64,000 nucleotides of DNA from Trichosphaerium sp. ATCC 40318. Lineage: Eukaryota > Protista > Tubulinea. A program made the position numbers and the translations under genes. Each line of letters begins with the position of its first letter. The stretch's first letter is position 1. Below the pieces are notes generated by a model, which did no database searches, had not been told where the DNA came from, and saw only the letters and a program-made list of their open reading frames with translations. Positions 11,406 through 21,800 of this stretch are shown one piece after another. The DNA is taken from contig JALMLS010000344.1 of NCBI GenBank assembly GCA_038496445.1, positions 62,001 to 126,000 of the forward strand. The letters are read 5' to 3'.

Positions 11406-14400
11406 ATGCTCCAACGCGCGTTAACATCAAGATCTAGATACGTCACTCAAAGGCGGAAGCACAGAAATAATGCAGTGAGTAACTGATTTATCTTAACACT
11501 TGTTGACACCATGTAAGCGCCGTAAATATGCGTCTGAGATGTCCTTTAGCGCCTTTAAAGCTCTTCAAAAAGAAACAAACTGTGAGTGTTTGAAAACCTT
11601 GAAAACATCGCCTGAATAACCTTTCTAGTTGGTATTGCTGAATTACAATCTATGCGAAACATGTACAAGCGCCACGCTAACGGCCAACATCAAATGGACA
11701 AAAAAGACTTTGCAGCGGCAATGAGCTCGTTGGGTACGCATTAAAACGAACTCCGCTATTTTTGTAGCTCGCTAAAGATTTTAAGGTATCAAGTCCCTCT
11801 CTGCTGTTGCAGAAGGCGCTTTCAATGCATTCGATAGAGACAATAACGGTTTTGTAGACTTCAGGTGTGCAAAAATTAGAAACCGCTTTTTTTTATTTCA
11901 CCTTTTTTGAAAAAGATCCAGTAGTCACGTGGTGGTACCCCAAGGCTTAGTTTATATTTAGAGAATTTGCTGCAGGTATGTCTGTTTTGACAAGAGGAAG
12001 TGACGAAGATAAATACGCATGTAAGCTACTTGTGAACTTTTTTAGTTAAAATCCTTGCTTGTTACACTTTTTCCACAGTTGCCTTCGACATGTGGGCAAA
12101 CGAAGATGGGTACCCTACATCCGCACAATGTTTATTATTAATTTTATAATAGTCGCCTTAACCGTGATGAGACAAGAAAGTTCATAGAGTGCACTCAACA
12201 CGCTGAAATGGACGATGTCACTTTTGAGAATTTGTTTTGTTCTATAGATAGTAATGGTGATGGAGCAGTGACGTACACTACAAGTCTCTTACACTGTATC
12301 CTTCTAAACTATATTATAGGCTTGCAGAATGTAAGAGGGGCATAGCAAAGAGTCAACTTGTCTCTACTTCGGAGCCAGAAGATGAATCTTTAACAGGCTT
12401 TACAAGTTCAGAGAAAAAAGTTTTGTCAATACTTTGGGAAGGCTCAACGAAGTCAAAAGGTTCAACCAACTTCTTAAATATCTACCACTATACCTCATAT
12501 CAAATATCTAGGTGATACTATTGTGACTCAAAACCAAGAAAAGGACGCTGACGTTCTGTACTATGTATCAAAGGGTTCAGTTCAGGTACGATATTTTACA
12601 GTTGTTGTCGTTGGGGCTAATTCTGTTTGTCAAGTTAACTAGAAACGATGTTGTTGTTGAAACTGTTGAAGAAGGTCATTTCTTTGGTGAGGAGTGTATG
12701 TTTGTTTCCAAGTATGCAACAGGAGCAGTTGCAAATACAGATGTTGTTCTACAATGCATAAATACATCAGATTTGCTTCCTTGTACGTAATCTACAAGCT
12801 ATGTAGTGGTTCTTTATTTACTTTTTAGTGCTTCTTCATTCTCATGAAGGTGTTGTTAAACTTGTTGAGGTTAGTTAGGCATTCGTTAAACAAGAACAAA
12901 GGTTAGCTTACTGTTGTTTTTACTGTAGCGTTTTCGTAAGGATTGCTCTCAACGCTTTCATAATATTACAATGCTTGGTATCAAGCATGAAGCTTTGCGT
13001 GCTGATGAAGAACTTACAAGCATCACAAACAAGCTCATGACACAGCTTGCATTAACTTATCATTCTTTGGGAGCCAAGGGAAAACTCGTACGCGTTATAA
13101 ATTGCATTGTAATGGAACTTTTTTTTAACTTGTTGTAAGGGTATTACTACAACAAAACAAGTCGGTTCCGCAGAAGATCTGAGTATTGCATACAGTCCAG
13201 GTGTTGCTGAACCTTGTATTGCTATGTAAGTATAGTTCGTGATACAAGAAACTCACTTTTCTTCGCAGCAAGAATACTCCTGATTTGGCTTATGAATATA
13301 CAGCCAAGTCCCATTTGGTTGGTGTTGTATCGAATGGTACCATCTTCAACTTAAACATTAGTTTATGGTTAATTTGCTCGTAGGTACTGCTGTACTAGGT
13401 CTTGGTAATATTGGAGCGCTTGCTAGCAAGCCTGTTATGGAAGGAAAAGCCGTTTTATTTAAGAAATTCGGTGGTTTAGATTCTTTTGATATTGAGGTAC
13501 ATCTTTTAAGGCTGTTTTTATCGAATTAACTGTTCGGTAAAGGTGAACGCAAATGATCCACAAGCGTTTGTAGATATATGTTCTTCCCTTGAACCTACTT
13601 TTGGTGGTATCAACATCGAAGATGTTAAGGCTCCAGAGTGTTTTTGGATCGAAAAAGAAGTTCAAAAGAGATGCAAGATTCCAATCATGCATGATGATCA
13701 ACATGGTCCGTCGCCGTTTTATGTTGCGTAATCAAATAGCTTATTAATAATAGGTACTGCTATTATTGCGGGTGCTGGTCTATTGAATGCGCTTAAACTG
13801 GTTAACAAGAAAATTGAAGAAATAAAGGTATGCTTCTTTCTTTTTAGTTTTGCGCAGCTATACAAATTACTAAATAGAGTTTAGGTAGTTGTATGTGGTG
13901 TTGGTGCAGCCGGCTTTACTTGTGCACGTTACTTTGTGAGTCTTGGTGTCAAGAAAGAGAATTTATTCTGTGTTGATGTCAATGGTGTCATTTACAGTAT
14001 GTTCATAATAGTAGTGTTTAGTCTTCTAACACTTTTGTTTAAGAGGGTCGTGATGATCTCACACCGGATAGTTACCTCCAGGAAGTAGCACAAGAAACTG
14101 ATAAAAGAACGCTTGCTGAGGTAGTTCAAGGAGCTGATGTATTTTTGGGATGCTCTGCTGGAGGTCTAATGAAGCCTGAAATGTTGAAAAGTATGTAGAA
14201 CTGCCTTTTGTGTTACGAATATGGCTAACTTTTTTTGTACCTAGCAATGAATGATAATCCGCTTGTATTCGCCTTGGCTAATCCAAGACCAGAGATTTCT
14301 GTTCCTAGAGCTAGACAAACACGCTCAGATGTGATTATGGCGACAGGTAGATCAGACTTCCCAAATCAGATTAATAACGTGAGTTCTCTTTCTTTCTCAT

Positions 14401-14896
14401 TGTTTTTCTTTTGGCCGCTTACGTATGTTGTATGTAACTTGAATTTACTATTTTTATATTAGGTATGCGCTTTCCCTTATATCTTCCGTGGCGCTATTGA
14501 TGCTCGTGCAACAGAAATAAACGAGTACGAGCTTTTTATTACCTGTGAGGTTTTTGTTAACTCTTGTTTTCTCTCTTTAGAGACATCAAACGTGCAGCAA
14601 CTAATGCGATTGCAAAACTTGCTCAAGATGGTGACCAACCGTATGTTATTAATTAAGGTTCTTTATGCCTTCTATAGTACTAACATGATGTAGTTTTGGC
14701 CCAGATTACATTATTCCAAAACCATTCGACCCTCGTCTTAAAATTGAAGTGTCTTCTGCTGTTGCTCAAGCTGCAAAAGATTCAGGTATGCTTAAATAGC
14801 CATATGGTTGTTATTTTAATATTTGGTGCAGGTGTTGCTACAAAAGAGCTTGATATTAAGGAATACAGGCATATGTTGAGAGAAGAGAAAGTATAA
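11406..14896 (+). CDS. Fusion protein: mitochondrial-type presequence + NCS/calcineurin-B-like EF-hands + cNMP-binding-homology domain + bacterial-type (MaeB-like) malic enzyme
   Basis: About 23 GT-AG introns join into one frame. N-terminus [31 protein letters not shown] loops [12 protein letters not shown] and [12 protein letters not shown]. cNMP-like [22 protein letters not shown]. Malic enzyme motifs [118 protein letters not shown]. Confidence 0.92.
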
Positions 14897-15375
14897 TCCA
14901 AAAAGGAACTTAAAACTACTGAGTTCAAAAAACAGTTCATCTTAGACCATAAATATTCAAGTCGTACCCGAGCTCATGTTACAAAAATAGTATGATTGGG
15001 TTATAATTTCTGAGCTAGAAAAGAGTAGAATATTAAACACTTTTCGTATTCATTTATTCAATGTAAATACAAATTCACGGTTCCGGATAATCCCACAAAA
15101 CTAACAAGAACCTAGAACCTTTCGACTTCAATTTGTATTGATCTTGTTTCTTTTTTGATACTACAATTGCTAAGTTACACATCGAATACAGGGAATTTAT
15201 CTCAGTGTAAACTCAAGTGCGGTAGTAAGAAGTCTATGGTTATTTCACCCAGTGGCATTCTGCAACAAAAACAAAACATAATAGCAATATTTTCGTTGAT
15301 CACTACATCAAGTGTTACAATTACACTAGCTAAAGGCAATAGCCGAAAAGAAAATAGTGAATTTGGACAGATTTA

Positions 15376-17340
15376 TCATAAGCTTTCGCTTTCTTCTTCG
15401 TTTTGTTTTTTCTCCTCCTTTTTCTCAAGTTCCTCTCTCAAAGTACTGATAACTTTATTTGCTTTGTAGAGGTCGCTTTCAGCCTTTAAAGCTCTACGTT
15501 GCCAAGGAAGTGCCAATTCTGTTTCCTTCATTATTTTGTCTGCCATTATCTTTCTACGTACAAGGTTAGGTACATTAACCACCTCAATTTATCGTACCCG
15601 CTAACAATTAAATCTTGGGTATTGCACATTTTATTTTTCTCGGAAAGAAGCGTACTGAGGATAGCTTAAAAAAAATAAGAATAAAAAGAGAAACTATTAA
15701 TAGCGTACAATCGTGGCCTATTTTGTCACAAGTTAATCCACAAGCTTTAACAAACATCTCAAGGTCATAGCAAACTTGAGCATGGTGCATTGAAATTCTG
15801 GCGTCATTATGAAAGTGAGAGTTTCGGTGCTTAACAAGATTCCTAAAAAATGCCAAGGCATTTTGGCTACAATGCATCACCCTAGCCATATCGTCCCACA
15901 GTTGTTTGGTATACCACCTACCTTTCTGTTTGTATTGGAGCTCAGCGCTCCATTTTGAAATATCATGTAGTAAGTTCTTAAGGGGAATTCGAATTGCTTT
16001 TTCGCCAAGAGTATGTAAATACACTTGATTTAAGGTCATACAGGCCAGAAAACACATATAGGTGACAACGCTTGAATCTAAAAACAGCTTCGTCATTTTA
16101 GATAAGGTTGTTTGGTTATAGCAGTTGTATTCTATACTCATAGTAGGTGCACAGATCTTGTCGTAGTTACTAGTTTGAAATAAATAAACTATAGCCACAA
16201 GACTTTTTTACGTACACAGTGCTTATTTTCCGTGGATCGGGCCTAAAGTTCATAAATATTCAAGTACAAAACTAATCCATGATTGATTTGTCAGCGCAAA
16301 CTTACGCGAATATAACAAAAAAGTACCTTACTGGTGCTTGCTCAACAGGCGCTTGTTGGAGTGGGGAAGCTGCAACCGTAGTTTGGTTTCTAGAGTATGG
16401 TGAGATAAACAGTAGGAGGGAACATTGTTAGGTTCACGACGGTAAACAAATCTTATACATACTGAGGTAGGTTCTGATGCGAGTTCCCTGGCGGTTTGCT
16501 TGTATCCGAACTAAATACCAGCCGTTATTGGTGTTACGTTATTGTAAAATGACTTACTTTGGGGCTCTATCACGTGGTGTGCGTGAGTTACTTTTGAACC
16601 GAGGTTCATGATGTGGAGGTTTTACGAAGGGTCTTGATCTTTTGCGTCTATGAAGACTGTGAGATTAGGTATGTAAACTCTCAAAATACGTACTTAGTTT
16701 TACCTCGGTTGGCAAAAGGGGGTAGTATATATGGCGAATGACGCATACTATTGGTTGTAAGACTAAATTGTTCACTATAGCAACGTACTGTCCGTATGTA
16801 TTTGGAGTCCTACAAACGCCAAAACGTTTGCCACTGTATCCTAAACGGGTAAGAAAGAGCGAGTATTTTGTTAAAGATACCATTGTTAACACGTTCATCA
16901 CGACGATCGTTACTCCTGTCATCACGGTGGTAATCATCACGTGTTCCAGCATGCCTACCATCATGTGTGTCGTCTCGATGTTCATGTTGACGGTTGTTAT
17001 GTATATCATTAGGGTGGTAATCACGTGACGGACGCCCAAATGAGTACTGTGCTCTACTGTGTGTTAGCTTGTTTTAACTTGTTTAAACTTGTCAACGTAC
17101 TCGCGCTCAGTACGTGCATCATAATGCACTGGTTCAGGGTATAAGGAAGGTGTTGTATCACATCGCGGTCTACCTCTTTGAGGTTCTACGGCGATCAGAA
17201 TTTGAGAGCCTTTAAAAGTGCGTACGAGAATAGCTGTGATTGCTTTCTTTAAATCCTGTAATAGGAGGTGAGTTTGTTACATTGCTCTTTGTAGTAGAAT
17301 ATGGCCTAGAGCGATGCGGTGAACTATCTCGGTGCGCCAT
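15376..17340 (-). CDS. Low-complexity (R/D/H/S/P-rich) N-terminus + putative HEPN (Swt1-like) domain + C-terminal coiled coil
   Basis: The exons I traced join in frame from MAHRDSSPHRSRP. The helical core LKNLLHDISKWSAEL...FFRNLVKHRNSHFHND...CYDLEMFVKAC carries RNxxxH at 15809-15826. An E/K-rich coiled coil ends the protein. Confidence 0.6.
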
Positions 17341-18823
17341 TATATCACGTGTTGCATGCTTCGTAGGCAGAGGATGAATCTGTTTTTGAAAAGAACACAA
17401 AACCCGAAAAGGAAAACATAAAGTTAATAAACTGTTGTTCAAATTGGTTCTACACTTTTTATTTTGCCGTTGACGCTTGGAAACACCACGAAGACCCTAA
17501 TAAGCTTTAAGTACAGCTCAGTTGTTAAAATTTAACTAAAACTAAAGAGTTTCATCCGGAAACACACAAATATCAATAATTCACGCACAGTGTTTCGAAC
17601 CATGATGATGCGAGGTGTTTTAAAGTGATTTTAAGAATTCCAAAAATGCCTCATCAATCACGTTTTTTATCCAATTTTCTGAGGACTTTTTCAAACTTTT
17701 TGTGTATTGATGGTATTGTCATGTGGTATGTGCTGGAACTGTTTTTGTTGAAACATGAGATTGGTATTGTCTGAAAACACGTCTGAAGGTGTTTCACGTG
17801 ATTTAAGTTTCACGAATACAATACTACATACAGCTAGAACAACTCATGCTCAGTCTTATACCGGAGATTTTAACTCTCGGAATAACCTAATTCAGATATA
17901 TACTGCACACTCTGTATATTATCGTGTATGGGGAAAGAAGAATCGGCATGGTAAAGCACTGACAAACCTCACAATCACGTGTGACCATTTAAACTATTTC
18001 AACCAAACGTATTTTTTCAGTTTCTGTTTTCGTTACATTATTTGTTGTTCGTCCCTATTTGTATGTTGTCCACTTTGAACGTTATATCACCCTTCAATTA
18101 CAGTGGCAGTCGTTGTGAAATATACTCCATATTAGAAGGCTCGGGTAAATATTTCCAGCGTATTTGAATAATCACTTCGCGGCAACTGAAATTCTAAAAA
18201 TAGTGTGAACACACGAACTGTACCGCAATATGTGCTTTATTATAGAAGCTCTAAATGTATGCATTGTGTAATAACATATATGGTACGACTATTCACATGT
18301 CTAGACCAGTAACATGAAGTTTTTGGGATGAACAATTTGAGATGTTTGATGAATTAGTTTCAAACAAAAATTGAACTCCCATCTACATTGGATGGTAGCT
18401 ACAATAAGACATTATACAGGCAAATGCAAGCTAGATTTCGAAGAGCGTAAAATGTGATCTTCATTCATTCATAAGTAAGGCCATGACTTGCTAATCGCTC
18501 GTAGTACTCTTGTCTCCTATGCTTTCGTGTTATCAAAAACAGTAATAAATAAGTTCGGAGAAAAACTTCATCGCTGAAAAAAACCCAACAAAAGCCAAAA
18601 CACAAACCATATCTGCCAAGAGAAAAGACAGAAAAACTAGATTATACTTCAAAGCCAAAGCGTAAAACATCACATAAAAACAAAGACAAAACCTAAAACA
18701 AAAGAACCTCCCACGAGAATAATTCTGGACTATATGAAGCAGGATGATGAATCTTAATAAAGGGGTTTAGGGCCTCATTTAAATGTAAAGTTTTCGTTTT
18801 ATTATTATTAGGTTTTTGTTTTT

Positions 18824-21800
18824 TTAAAAAGTAATGAGGCATGGCTTGTAGCAGTACAAATGGCTATTACTACTCATTACGTATGTAGTATTCTCATTTA
18901 CAAATACACCTCTAACCTTACAATACTCTGCAATATCTGTATATTGAACTACTGTATCCGGGTGCTAAAAAACAAAGAAGTCAACAAAAAGTACAAACAA
19001 AAGTTTTGTTGTTGGAGCATTACTTTTGGTCTGAATAAAAATCCTCGCTTTCCTGCGAATATCCAAGCGTATAATCTCTTGTCAAGTCCCATAAACGTAG
19101 TCATAGCATTTATAGAGTCTTTCGTAGTTAACGCACAAGTGCTTGTCCGTTCAACGTTATTGTATTTTATCTACAAAGTGACTTAATAAGTTTTTTCTGA
19201 TGACCAAGCTACGTACTGAAAAGTCGTATACTAAATACTGGTTTGAATCTTTTAGTGATATCCAAAGAGTATCTGAGAACTTTATTACAGAAAATGCTTC
19301 AATTTTGTTCCCAAGATCCTATGTAGTGATGAGAAACAAGACTTGTTTGTGGACAAAATAAAGTACGTACCTTTGGTTTGTTAATATCTATCTTACTTAC
19401 ATCAAAATGAGGGCTCACAATGTACACGTGTTTAGCGTTTCTACTAACTGCGTATATTTCATTTCCAACGTTTTTGGCCTAAACAAAAAGACTGTAAGTG
19501 GCAAGCAAAAAAATTGACATTTGACTTTAATATCTCAAAACAGAGCAGAGTACCTTTGAAGTATAGCAGGCTATTGAGATATGTTTCTTGGATATTTTAT
19601 GTTCATTTTCAATCTCATAAACAGTAGGACAGTGTGTTGCACTCTAGGAAGATGAATGAGATGGGAAACTGTGTTTTTTTGTTTCACGTGGTAATAGGAT
19701 TTCACCAACAGAAACAAAGGACACTCATCCTCTAATACCTTGTATTTCCATACATATATGCATCCATCTCTATCAGCAGTGATAATATTTTCATGTTGTT
19801 CAATTAACATCAAAATATCGCTTTTATGATGGTTAAGAGTAGCTTTAAGAGCTGCACTCTAGAATCGAGTTAGTAGCTAGAAAAAAAAAAGGAATCAAGG
19901 CAATTTAATTCTAACCCTTCTGTCGTAGAGGCGTATAGTAGATCCTTCTATTACCCATACAATAAACTTCATTTGGCGTATGTGGTGGCTATGAATAATC
20001 TAAAAAGAAAGAAATAAGAAAAAGCTGGACCTTGCCGGTTTTCTATTTACAAATCTTTATACCTTAATCGGTGAGCTGAATTTTCCAACGTTTTTGATTA
20101 CTTCAAGCTTCTCAAAGCTTGATAATATTACTAGCCTTCCATCGTAACACCCTGTCCATATACCACCCAACGTTTTTAGTATACAAGTTACATCATAGTC
20201 ATGTGTTGGAAGTGTTCTTAACGAAGAGGAAAAAAGTAAGAAAAAAAAACCTAAAAAAAGTTCTCGTTGTGTACTTTTCAAGGTGAGCGATCTTTGAAGC
20301 TGAGTTTACAGGTACTGACTGTTTCTTCCTCTTTATTTTAACGCGTATAGATTTGTGCTTGAAACCTGCAAAACCATATTCTTGATATGCCTACAAAGGG
20401 AAGCAATGAGTCAGAAAAAGATGCTTGGTGGAAAGCAAAAAAGGACTAGGTGGAGCGAACTTACTGTGCCTAGTTTTTCTCTAATGATTGTAAACGGCAT
20501 TCTTTCATTTGGGTTATTCTTCCAGCAAGATGTCATAATATCTCTTACAACATCTGATAGCGCAAGAGGTATTTTTGGTCTCGCACCCTAAAATTGTTTT
20601 TTATGTCTTACTTAAAATTCTAAGGTTACCTTTATTATACTTTGTGCTGGTTCTGCTGGTGTATTTATCTTCATTATCCTATAATACTTCCCATCTCTTT
20701 TATAAAGCTTGAATTCGTCGATCATACTTGACATGACTTTCTGGATATTGTTCAGTTAAACAAACTTTTGAATATCCAAAAAAAAAAAAGAAGGTGGTTT
20801 CAAAAAACGTACTTTGTCTTTCACTGCCTCGACTTCTTTTTCTTCCCATAGAATACCTCTAAACTCTTCACCAGAAAAAGGTTTCTTTCTTGTAAATATT
20901 TCATAGAGAACAATACCATAACTATAAATATCACTCTTCTCATCATAACTTCTATTCTCCAATAATTCTGGTGCTTGCCATTCTGTGTTAAGTGAACTGA
21001 CTTGCGTAGCACGTGCTGATTGCGTAGCTAGACCAAAATCACCCACTTTTGCTACTACATCATCATCTGGGTTTCTGCTCATGATGAAAACGTTGGGTGA
21101 TCTCAAATCTCTGTGTATTATAGGAGGTTTCATTGTTGATAGATATTCCATAGCTATTGCGACTTCCAGTGCAATACGTAGCTTAAGGTTTTCGCTAAAA
21201 ACAAATTCTTTTGCATTATATAAGTAATAACAAAGAGACTTTTCTTTGATGAACTCCATGACCTTAAAAAAAATAGATAAACATTTTCAAAAATCTCAAC
21301 ATTTTTTCCTGTCTTTTCCCTCACGTACCATGTACAACGGAGGTCCTATAGCGTATCCATATAGATTAACCAAAAATCTACAATCGCTTATTTTGCTATT
21401 AAACAGAACGAGGTAAGCAAAAAACCTCAATCCAGCAAGTAAAAACCCTGTTACCTCATCATGTACAACTCGTGGGAAAACTCTCTAAATTTCTCCTCTA
21501 CTTACATTAGTATCTTCGAAATATCTCCTATTTTGTGATTCTGGTACCTTTGTCATCGTCCACTGGTACCTTGAGTTCTTTAACAGCAATGGTGGTATTT
21601 GGTACGCCATCAACTGTACATGCAGCCTTATAGACTTTACCAAAACCACCTTCTGCAATAAACTCCAAGCCATGGATATCATCAAATCTAGGGATAGAAG
21701 AAAGAGCGATATCAGGTGCTACATCTAAACAAAATACAATCAATAATTTTTGTAAACACTAATAATACGATGGGTAATCGAGAGACAAGTACCTTCGAAG

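Noticed and set aside
13040-14896. Bacterial contamination as the source of the MaeB-like sequence
   Set aside because: The domain is interrupted by about a dozen typical host introns and is in frame with eukaryotic-type EF-hand exons.
16841-16880. Second possible U12 intron (GTATCTTT ... TTTCTTACC ... TAG) in the HEPN-motif gene
   Set aside because: It is only 40 nt, both signals deviate from consensus, and it ends in an ordinary TTTAG; I cannot distinguish it from U2 by eye.
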